From Amphiscolops sp. MND2022 (lineage: Eukaryota): a DNA stretch of 64,000 nucleotides. The DNA lies in the NCBI GenBank assembly GCA_964187785.1, contig OZ076409.1, positions 40,364,001-40,428,000 of the forward strand, in the 5' to 3' direction. The translations under genes and the position numbers were made by a program. Below the pieces are notes generated by a model that saw nothing but the letters and a program-made list of their open reading frames with translations, made no database searches and was not told the DNA's origin. How positions within the stretch are numbered: position 1 is the stretch's first letter; the number at the start of each line of letters is the position of its first letter. Below are positions 36,101 through 48,100 of this stretch, piece by piece.

Positions 36101-39100
36101 TCTATCAACCTTTATTTCAGGACCGGTACCTGTCACAATGACTCTCAGTGAATCCACATCCTCGACTTGTTCTTTTGTGATTACTCTGCCGACAGAAGGT
36201 AATGCCGCGAGATACGAGATAGCCTTTTCTCGAGATTCAACAACCGTTTATGAAAGTTTCGAAGATTTGTCGAGCAGTAAAACTTTCGACAGTCTCACAG
36301 CCAGTACGGATTACACGTACCGTGCAAAGCTGAAGTACACTACCTCTGAAGGAGACAGCGTAGAAAGTACACCCACAGAAGTAGTATGCAGAACAGGTAA
36401 ACAAAGTTTTTGTTTTCTTTAGCCTGGCGAATCGAGTTTTTTAAATTTAGAAAGTAACGTTTTTTATATCATTTGCAAAATTTTTTTAGCAATAAGTAAG
36501 TTGAAGATTGCGGAAAACAAACGTTTCGTCAATCAATTCATTTTAGTTTGGGTAGCTTGTAAGTTAGTTGGTGGATATTTGACTTCAGTTTTCAGAGGAG
36601 AAAACTAATTCCTAATTCATCGTTTTCATATGTTATGTTTCAACCTCTAAATGACTCAAATTATTTTTTTTGAGACCTCAGAAGCATGTATTATATAACA
36701 AAATTGTCACCAGGGAAAATAGCTTGAGCAGAATTGCCTGAAAACGATTTTAATTTTGCCTGAAAAGCTCAAGTGAAAAGGGTTACCATGAAAAATATCT
36801 GAGATACATGAAAAATAGCTCAAAATTGAGCAGATTCAACTCTAGAAACTCAGCAAGGACCGCATTAGAAATACCCGAGGACATCAAGCAACGAAGTACA
36901 ACTTGTTCCGAATGTGAGATAGCGATTGCAGTTTCTGCTCCGATTTTATTTTCAATCGTGGTTCCAATTTTACTAGATTATTATCAGGTTATAATATTTG
37001 TAACGTAGGGGCTAATTTGTTTAGGAAGAAAAAGTAAGTTTATTTCAGAAAAGATGACCCTAAGGCTTTAACCTCTGAAACGAGCAGGAAATATGCATTC
37101 AGGTTATAGAAAAATTATCGTGATTCTAAACATTTAAAAGACCAAAGCATTTACTTTTTTGTTCCCACAAATCCATTTTTGGACACTGGAGCTTCATAAT
37201 AAATCAATTACGCTCAACAAGCGTTTGTGTAAGTTGACTACGTTATGCTAATTCCTACCATGCTTTTGAATGGCCTGCTGCTCGAGGAAACCGGAGCTAT
37301 TGTGCCGAAGAAACTTCAAGTAACGTTTTACCTTTGGGGTATCTCAGGTGATTTTGCACAACTTGTGGTTGCCCAAGACATCATCAGGACATTTTACTCC
37401 CGCTGTTTTTACAATTTGGTTAAAAATTGCTTAACAAAAGCTCAGTTTATAACCAAGATATGAGATTTAACTAATAACGTGTAAAAACTTATCACATCTC
37501 ATACGTAACCTTTGTTAGAATTCGTCAGCCAGTCCTCAGGAAATTCTTCTTCATGAAACTCGCTCAACACCTCAACATTAGCTTTATTTAGAAAGCCACC
37601 TTTTAAAATTAGGCTAATTTCAAAAAGTGGCTTTCTAAATAAAGCTAATGTTGAGGTGTTGAGCGAGTTTCATGAAGAAATTTTGTATGATGCTTGGAAT
37701 GAACTCACATTCGGAAGATATATTCGGGTTGGATAAGTTGATCGCAGAAACAAATGTGCTAGATATATCAAGTTTAGGACCTGCGACTTTCACATCAGTT
37801 GAAATCGAAGCATTCGGAGCTGTTTCCTTGGATTTGGCGGCAGTGTACACTGGTTCAATCACTTCTCCTGAGACCTTGAAGATCAAAGCGCAAATAGTGG
37901 GTCCGAACGGAGGACTTACTGATGCTACATACAAAGATGACAGCAGCTCATCATTATGCCGACTTACCGGAACCCTACAGACTTGCTCGAATGTATACGA
38001 CGTGAAGCGAATCATTGTCGGTCTAGAACCTTCAACGACTTATAGAATCCGAATGTACGCTGAATACGATGGTCAAATTGCCGGTGCAAACAACGATCAA
38101 ACAGAAACAACAGGTAAAGATTCACCGAAAGTCAGGTTCTGAAAAATGCAAAATCCCACTAGTTTGAATAGGCAAAATGTTCACCGTAAGTATCGATGCA
38201 AAAATGATGAAGTTGTTAGACAAACTTCATTAAACTTGAAGTATCACGTGTACAGCTTAATGGGTGCAAGGTGCTGGCTGATTTTACAAGTTGAACACTA
38301 CTTGGAAAAGTATTAAAAGGTCCTCTCTGTGGTTTTAAGAACTGTGAGACCAAGTTTTTGCTTTTTCTAATGTTTTGTTCTTTGTATTTTCTACAAACTT
38401 TTAAGGCGCCCAATTTTACCTGTTGGCCTAGGGAACAGAACCAAAAAGGTTTCCTTTCTTTCTGCGTAACATACAACACCGGGCGAGGCTAAAGGCTCCC
38501 CTTTTCAGTTTTCTTTCAGCATTGTGAGACTTTTTTGCAAAGAATTTCTTTTCACCCGAGACCCCCCTACAATTTTTTGATGATTTGCGATAGAATGGAT
38601 AAAAAATCTCAAATCGTCCCCCTGGCGCGTCAATTCGGTCTAACTTTCGAGTATTTTGGATACTGTAGGAGAGAATACTTTGAAGTCCTTCTGCTATTTT
38701 AGCCTTAGATATGGCGCCGACTGCCGGCTTGTTTGTTCTCCCAAGTGCTCCACGCAACTCCCATTGAAAAAAAACATAGCTGAAATCCTATAATGTGTAG
38801 ATTGTATACATTGACCATGTGGTTTGCCGTTTAAATTACGTTTCGAAGTAAGTCTCTTAAGTTTCTTGAAATCCTGAGAAACCAATGTCATTCGAATGGT
38901 AGTTGATTTCTCGTGAAAGTTTTTGTCCAAGAGCCCGGGTTGACCCTCTGACTAGTATCTTGGCTGTCGTGGCAAGATCTTGCCAATTGCTTACTACATT
39001 TTGGCAACCATGGGTCCCATGGGAAGATCCGTATTAGATCTTAGTATGATAATACATATTCCAAGATCGTATCTTATCACGATGGACAAAATTCTAAGAT

Positions 39101-42100
39101 TATAAAGAACACTATACCTTCGCTACAAGCAGCGGAGACTCAATCTGAAGCATCATTTGACTCAACAACGACTATTTATACTCGTTTTCATAATCAAAAT
39201 CCTACACCCCGCTGAGACAAATGTGCATGCAAAAACGAGCGAAAAATTACGATAACGTATTCTGGCTTCCGAAATTCTGACGAGAATCCTAATAAATCTA
39301 ATAAGTTTGAGAAATGTACCAAATGAAAGCCCATTTCAAGGCCTTTTGAAAACTTGTAACTTATCACTCCTGTCGTTCCCAGACACGGAGAAAAATGCTC
39401 TCAAACGTCCAGAGCCAATATCGGAAAGTTGCACAAATAAAAATCCGGAAGTTTTTGTATTTTCATTTTTCCAGCTTTCTTTGAGCCTGTTTCAGCAGCC
39501 TTATTACTGCAGGAAATGGCGGTCGTTGCCCCGGTTTGGGTAATGATTCAGCTCGAGTCTCTTTTGATGCCGTTGTTGGCTACAGTTTTGCGATTGATAA
39601 ACCAATGTAATCAGTGCCTCCCTAAATAAACAACATCAGGACTCTTCAATCAAATATTATATCTTGCTAACAGAAAATTGCCATGTCTAACAATTTAAAT
39701 CTGCATAGATGTCGAGTTTTGTTGACTTCGTTTCAGATTTTTGCTAGCAAATTAGGATTTTACAAGAATTTTTACAAGGATTTTTCTTGGGAACATGGCT
39801 CTCTTGACAAGATCTTAGCCAAGATTGTTCCAAGATTTTGCCAAGATCTTTCTAAGATTTCCATGGAGGGTCACGCCGGGTACAGCTAACAACAATTTTT
39901 TGGGAAGCAATCAATTGTCAAATCAACAGGTCACTTGGTCGTGATCAAATGGAATTGTTTCTATGAAAGTAAAAGGACCTCTTGTAAAACTAATGAGTTT
40001 CGGTGAAAAATAATTTTAACCATCGAGTTTCTGGAACGTTCTTGTTGCCGAAATTGCCACTCAAAGATAAAGGTTAATGCTTTGGTTTTGGTCTCACGAA
40101 TATTATCATGTGCTGGCACAGCAATGAGGTTAAGGAATACCAAGACTGACTCTGGTTCCCGAGTAGCCTGAAACCCTTTTTGGTCCTGCTGCAGTCCCTG
40201 TGAAAAGTGACCGTTTCATTTTCTTTTCAAAACACTCCTACAATTGTTTTCTTGCGTACGTTTTCAAAGTTTAACTTTTCGGTCCCAATGAGGTTAGCGG
40301 TAAAATGATGGGGTTCCACTCTAAAAATTAGCTTCAAATTTCCGCTAATTTGATTCAGATTATCCTTGTTTGCCAACTCATAAGATTATCCAATTCTCGG
40401 GAAGTTTAGCAGTCCTTGATAACACAATTTTCTCTGCACAGAATTTCTTAGAATTTGTTGCCTATAGGCCTATTTGTTGACTATAGGAACTATAGTTGGC
40501 GCAAATATGGTTGAATTGAACAAGCAGAGGTGTTTGGAAAGTAACCATACCAGAATTTGGGAGGTAAACTTTTTTCATCAGATATTTATGTGTTAAAAGC
40601 CTCCGAAAATAATATTTTTTTTGCATAAAAATTTAGATCTCTTTTTTTTGCCAGGGCTGGGCTTCAAAACTTTGATGGTAGCAGCTTGTAGGAATTTAAA
40701 TGCGCAATTTTGAGGAGCCGAGCTCTAGCCAACGCGTAGTTGGCTGATGATACTGATCAAGTAATCTCAAGTCGATCGTTTTGTCGGACTTAAATACATT
40801 GTTAGTTTTGCGCAATTACTCTTGACGGGAAACAATTGCTACATAGCTTCCTAGCTAGATTCAGAAGGCGCAATATTTGCGTCATTGTTAAATATAAACT
40901 GGAAAAACAAAAGTTAGAAGAAGAAGAAGAAGAAGAAGAAGAAGATGATGAAGATGAAGGAGAAGAAAGTTTTATTTGATTTAAAGTCTACACTATAAAA
41001 GTAAGCATATGCTGAAGAGATTAAACTCTGAAAGATGTTTCAGTTATTGAAGAAAATCGATCCGAAACACTACGGAGCTCAAAAAATTTTACATGAAAGT
41101 TTTTTCCATTACTGCAGATTAACAGAAAGCGTAATTTTTTAGCTGGCTGTGTGGATAATGATTCAGGCACCAACCAGTGTGTTCTGCCAGATGGAATTAC
41201 CAATTTGCCCCAGAACAAGCGCTGCAGAGCTGGCTACAAACCTTTGCCCATCACTGGACAGTGCGGAAGTAATACTTCATTTATTTTCATTCCCCTAAAA
41301 TGATTTCTGAGTTTTGAGCACACAACATTTTGAGCGTGTCTCGCAGAGATTCAATTAAAATGTTACACGACAAAATCTCTCAAGTTATAATCTAAGTTAA
41401 AATCTCCTAATTAAAATGAAGACATTGGTTGTATGACTCGACCCTTCTCATAACCAGCAGCTGAACCAGTACTGGCACGTCGCTCGTGCATTTAGGTCAC
41501 TATCGGAATCTGAAGGTAGCTAATCACGTTTCCCTAATTTAGGATATTTCAACTTAGAAGATTTTAAATTAGAAGATTTTGACCTGATAACTCTTTAAAA
41601 TACTCTCAGATGCTTCTGGGGTATACTTTTTTGAAATAGATAATTGAAAAACTTAGAAAGGGGAAATGTGTTTCAGACTTTTTGGGAACACCACGACTTG
41701 AATATTCTTGAAATTGTGTGTTAACTCCGTGATGACATATTCATCTATGTAGATTTTTGGAATTGTCTTTTTCCATGAAAAGAGCTTCCTACGATGGAGG
41801 TCAAGTTTTTTTTCAAAATTATCTGAGAATAGTTGCTCTTTGTTTCAGTTGCCCCCGTTGATTACTTTGGAATGGCCATCAATAATTCGAGAGTGACTTT
41901 CACGCATGAAACTGATCAGCTTTCCAAAAACATTCAAATCAAAAACGTTGCTCTCATTGAATCAAAAACCAAAAAACCCTAAACTAAAAAGTACAATCGA
42001 CAATTCAGAAAGGCCTACTAACAATTACCTTCTGTTATTTTTGTACTGTAAATGTCATTAACTCCGTTTTGAAAAATTTTACCCCCAATATTTAGATAGA

Positions 42101-45100
42101 TTGAATAGTTTAAATAGATTCTGATAGATTGAATAGTTAACAAGACGGAAACGTCTCAAGTGAGCCTAAGATTCAAAAAGCGCAAATTTTTTAAAATATG
42201 CTCAAGGTTTTTTTTAAAATAAAATTTTACGAATATAAGAGTGCCAAAAGTATCCAAAGGGAGCCTCTCGTTCTCAGAAAATGCCTTTCTATCACTAAAA
42301 ACATCAAAAATGCAAAATTGGGGAACGCTTTTCCTGATTTTTTTTAAAAAAATCGCACTGTGTCGAAAAAACAGTAAAACCAAAAAGTAAACTTGAATTG
42401 TCTAATAACGACAAAACCTTAAAAAACTATGGTAGCTGTAGTAGACGTGAAAAGAACAGTTAGAATAACAATGAACTGAAATACTACTATTTACAAACAC
42501 CTGCTAAAATGCTAGAGTCTGATAAATTACGATCATTCATTTGCTGTTGCCTTTGTATTGAGTTTAGTACGTAATTCATTCTTAACTCTCAAATTCTTCT
42601 TGCTTCGCAATTATACCCTTCAACATGGCGCTGCGAGCATCAAACTCGTCAAATACTTCTACTTCCTCGCAGAAAGATGCAATTCCTTCATTACTTCCGG
42701 GATTACCACTGTTCTGGCCGCACGCAGACAAACCCCCTGCGATGGAATGGGAACGATGGATAGACCTATTCGCTGTGGCTGTGATGGCCAAACATTCGAT
42801 ATCAATAGATGAACTGACAAGAACTGTGGATGAGGGTCATCCCAGGGTAAAGGCGCTAATAGGGGATATGCCAGAAGAAGCGGCTGAGAAGAAAGTCGTA
42901 ACTTGGCTATTCCTGTCAGTTGGCGAACCGGCACGAAAACTCTTCAAGGATAAATATCCAGAGCTGTCAGTGTGGACATTACAGACCAGAGAGATGTTGC
43001 AAAGATGCGAGAATTGCTTCCACATAGCAAGAAACAGAACGTTAGACAGACACAAGTTTCTATCCAGAAAGCAGCAAGCAAACGAATCGCTACAACAGTT
43101 TTGGCATGCGCTAAACGGCTTGGCCTCCAAATGCGAATTGGGGGAAATCACCCAAACACTAGTGCACGACGTCTTCATTCTAAACATGAACAACAAGAAA
43201 GTGCAGGAGAAGTTGTGTGTGGAACCATTTAATGAACCCCAAGAAGCCCTTCAATACGCCATATCCTATGAAGAAGGCATAAAAAGACAAAGATCCATGG
43301 GAATAGGAGCGGCAGAAGGCTCAAAACCAGCAATAAAGACCGAACTGGTATGTGCTGTGGATAAGAGGAACAACAGAGAATGCTTTCGATGTGGTGTAGG
43401 CAATTTCACAACCGACCACATAAAGAAATGTCCAGCAACAAATCACAAATGCGAGTTCTGCAATATAACCGGACATCTGGAAAAGTGCTGCAATCAAAAG
43501 TGTCCGGAGAGAAAAAGGCAAATGAAGCAGAGGATGCAAAACCGCAGAAAAAGATTTTCCCGGGTACATTACATATCCGAAGATTCAGACGAAGAACTGG
43601 ACGAAGATGAAATGGTCTTGTAGGTCGATGGAACAGGAGTGAAACCGTTCGAGATTGAAGGCTTGATGTGTGGCAATAAATTCAGAGCCATAATCGATAC
43701 GGGGTCGCCTGTCTCGATATTTGCGATAGACGAATTGAGAAGAATAATTGGAAGACGATGGCTAGTCGTCAGAGACATGATCGACGGCGAGATATATGTT
43801 GACTTCAATCGACGCCCACTTCCGTTATTGGGATATATGTTTGTCAGCATCCAAGTAGGAAAAACAAAAATGTCAAAAGCAAGGGTGCTGGTGGCAAAGA
43901 AAGGAGCTAAATCGATCATTGGACGTGATTGGCTGACAGCGCTGAAATATAGAATCGAACCACCAATCACAAAAGGTGAGAACGCTGTAAATAGCATTTC
44001 CCGCGAAAGCGACGAATCAGAAAATAAGCTAAGTCGGGACGCGCAGCAATTAGTTCAAGAGTTCCCAAATCTATTTAAACGACGCGGCAGAGTAAACAAT
44101 TATAAAATCAAAATTGAAATGAAAGACGGCACGCGATTTACACAGCAGAAAGGACGTAGAAATCCAATCCAATTACAAGATCAAGTTGATAGCGAAATAA
44201 CGAATCTTTTAGATCAAGGACATATTGAAAGAGTAGACACGATAGAAGATGATGTTTTCATACAACCAGTTGTAATAACGGTAAAGACAGATCGATCTGT
44301 AAAAATAGCTTTAGATGCAAGGGCGCTGAATGACTCGATTGCAAAACATAAGTACCAGATGCCAAATCTAGAAAATTTGATGGATATGGTTGCGGAAAAA
44401 ATCGACGGAAAAGAGGGTCAAGTTTTCTACTCGTCGGTAGATATGAAGTACGCATACGGACAAATTCCGCTAGATGAAAGTACGGCAAAACACTGTAACT
44501 TCCAAAATAATAGGCGGAAAATCAACTGGTACATACAGATTTGTATAGGGGCATTACGGACTAACAATAATGCCGACCGAATTTCAGAAAGTAATGGACT
44601 TAACACTTGTAAATATGGATAGTACATTTGTATTTATAGATGATATTTTAATTGTTACAAAAGGTGAAAAAAGTGTACATATGCAAAAAGTTCGGGAAGT
44701 ATTAGAAGTGTTAGACAAAGCCAACTTGCAACTGAAAGCCGATAAATGTAAAATAGCGTGTACAGAAATTGAATGGTTGGGATACAAATTATCAGGTGAA
44801 GGCGTAACCCCGATAAACGGCAAAATCCAAGGAATTAGCGAAAGGCTAAGACCGAATAATTTGAAGGAATTGAGATCCTTCTTGGGGGCGGTCAACCAAT
44901 TGAATAAATTCGTACCCGACCTAGCAAGTATTTGCGCACCGTTTAGATCGATCCTAAAGAAAGAAGCAGAATGGAAATGGACAAAGGAGCATGAAAAAGC
45001 CTTTTTAAAAATAAACCAAGAAATAAAATCGATAACGGAATTGACACATTTTAAAAGAAACAAGAAATTAAGAATTATTTGCGATGCAAGCAAACAAGGG

Positions 45101-48100
45101 CTTGGAGCAGTGCTCCAACAACAGCAAGATAACCAAGAATGGAAACCGGTGTCATTTGCGTCATTTTTTTAACGAATTTTGAAGCTAAATACTCGATAGA
45201 TGAATTAGAGCCGTTAGCTGTAGTATGGGCGATAGAACATTTTAGAAATTACGTGTACGGAGTGAAATTTCAAATTATTTCAGATCATAAAGCGCTCGCT
45301 TCAGTATTACGACCGAACAGAGGAAATAAAACGTTTTCAAGTCGCCTAACTAGATGGGTTGACAGGCTATTACCGTTCGAGTTCGAGGTAATACATGCGC
45401 CGGGCAGGGTACTAGGTTTTGCGGATTATTTATCCCGGCATCCTACCGAATTGAAACGAACAGTAGTAAAAGCCGAAAAATTGTGGAACGATTGGTTCAC
45501 GGTAAATACAATTACAAGAATTAATGTCATTCCAGAGAATGAGACAACTCCGCAGGACGTACCAAGAGAGAAGAAGCTGACGCGCGCGCCTGACTCGGTA
45601 TTACGAGTAGAGAATGAACAAGAGGACAGACAGGCGACGAAAGCAAAACAGGCAACGAGAGCAAAACAGCGAGAAGGTAAGCAACCAATCAAATCGCGCG
45701 AAAATAAAGCGAACGAAAGCGGACACATAATCAGTGTGGACGATAAATTTGCTAACGTAAGTAAACAGCGAGAAAACAAAATCATGCAAACCGGCGCATC
45801 TGAAATAATTGATAAAATAAATCAAGCATACTTACCGGCTAATTACGAAGCAGATAAGGTCCTACAAAAAGTAATCCAACTGGTAAAAACCAGGGAAGGA
45901 TAAAAAATTTCGCGATTACCTGCTCCATGGAGAGTGAAATTTAACGCCTTTAGTGTAGACCATAGAAATTACTTATACATGGACCAACGTCTAGTAATCC
46001 CTGCAAATCTTCGCTCGTCAATTATGAGTTCTATTCATTATGGTCATCCAGGAAGAGATACCATGTTACGGTATGTGGCCGATATCTGGTGGCCGAAGAT
46101 TCACCGCGAGGTGATAAATACAGCAAAATGTTGCGAGCAGTGCAGTGAAGCAGGTAAAAACGTTAAAACTTTATTAAAACAGTCACAATTTGGGGAAATA
46201 CCAAAATCAAAAGAACCGAACGAGGAAATCGCACTAGATTTTGCGGGCCCCTTCCAAAATGCGGAACATGGAAAAAAATATTTGTTAGTTGCGATAGATA
46301 ATTACTCCGCGTGGCCGGACGCCCTATTTTTACACAAACCCACAACCAAGAAAGTTATCGAATTTTTAAAAAACTACGTGGCACAGTACGGCATACCAAA
46401 GCAAATCAGATCAGACCCCGGTTCAGTTTTCACTAGTGAAGAATTTAAAACATTTTGTCGACAGTTCCAAATAAAACACGTAACGTGCCCGCAACGTGAT
46501 CACCGGGGAAACGGTAAAATAGAACGACTAATCCGAACTCTCAACGAGAGATTAAGGACGAATAGAAATATTATCTTGAAAAGAGATAAATCAGGATTGT
46601 CGGAAATCTTATATGCGCTACGAATGGGAAAAAAGGCGGACGGAAGTTCACCATTCGAAAAGCTATACGGACGGGAACCAAATACCGTGAAAAGTAACAT
46701 AATAAACAAAATCAAAAATGTTTCAGAAAACGATCCGAAGGTTGAGTTTACACAGTCAGACTTCGAGGAAGAGGTAGACTCAACAATCCTAGTGAGAGAA
46801 CGTACTAAAGGCTCGAAACTAGAAGGACAATACAAAAGAAAAATCGGAAAAGTGATAAAAGAAAGTGCTCATACAATCACATTTCTACCAAAAAATAGTA
46901 AGAAAGAGGTTGTGTACGCAAAGAGAGACGTGGCTAAAGCAAGCGAGACTAAACCAGCAGAAGAACAAAAAGCGGGATGCTCAAAAACAGGAAACGAACC
47001 CGGAACCTCTTGCGATAATGAAACGGGAGAGCTAGAAGAATCCTCTGATGACGAAACTTACAAACACCCGGAAGATACTGAAGATGAAGAAACAGTGACA
47101 ACGGACAACACGTCAGAAGAGATGGAAACAACTACCACGATGGAAACAGTTGACAACCTAAAAGAAGCACAACCGGCGGAAAAGGCAAATCCCCCGGAAA
47201 CGACCAAAATACAAGAAATGGGCTCTGCAGCAGAAGGAGCAACTAAGGACGAGAAGTCACCAAAAAAGAAAGCGGTACAACCCTCGGTGGAGTGGTCGAA
47301 TGTCAAGAGGAGAGAACCACGCAAAAGAAGGCCAACTGAGAGATATGGCATTGATGTCATAATGAACGTGACCGAAGAACAAGCTGAAAACTAAAAACAT
47401 AACTCATCTGAAACAAAAACATTGAGAAGTCATGTAATCTGAAATAAATAAAATTAACTTGAACATTTAGTTGTTTGCTGAGACATGAACATATTGTAGT
47501 ATGTTATTCTACTAATACAACTGAAGTCAAATAACAAGACACAACCCCAGGTGTTATATCAAAAAAGGGAGTGTAGTAGATGTGAAAAGAACAGTTAGAA
47601 TAACAATGAACTGAAATACTACTATTTACAAACACCTGCTAAAATGCTAGAGTCTGATAAATTACGATCATTCATTTGCTGTTGCCTTTGTATTGAGTTT
47701 AGTACGTAATTCATTCTTAACTCTCAAATTCTTCTTGCTTCGCAATTATACCCTTCAACAGTAGCCAAAGTTGCTACCCTTTGGAAGCATCTGAGATTGC
47801 TTTTTAGTAAGGTCGGAAGGCCCAGAGAAGTTCTGTAAAAAGTCGAGCTTTCAGAGTGTGATCTGTGGTATTGCAAAAAAAGTTGTCCCAGTAACAGTCG
47901 GTCACTTTGTTACAAAAAGCGTCAACTAAAAACCAGTTTAAACCTCCGCTCAGTCTGATTAAAGTAGCAATGTAAAAAGGTGGTTGGCAAAAACCATCAA
48001 AAAGTTTCCAATGCTACTGTTGTTTTACCTTAGGATTTTGGTTTTTTGACGTTATTTTCTGCAACAATTATAAATGTTTTCTGCTCAATGAAAATTAAGT

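Larger units (their letters stand above)
42437..47760 (+). mobile_element. Ty3/Gypsy (Mag-like) LTR retrotransposon, 5324 bp, coding-defective
   Basis: 189-bp TG...CA LTRs (42437-42625, 47572-47760) with one mismatch; 5-bp TSD GTAGC; PBS TGGCGCTGCGAGCA (tRNA-Ser-like); PPT AAAAAAGGGAG at 47561-47571. Confidence 0.96.
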
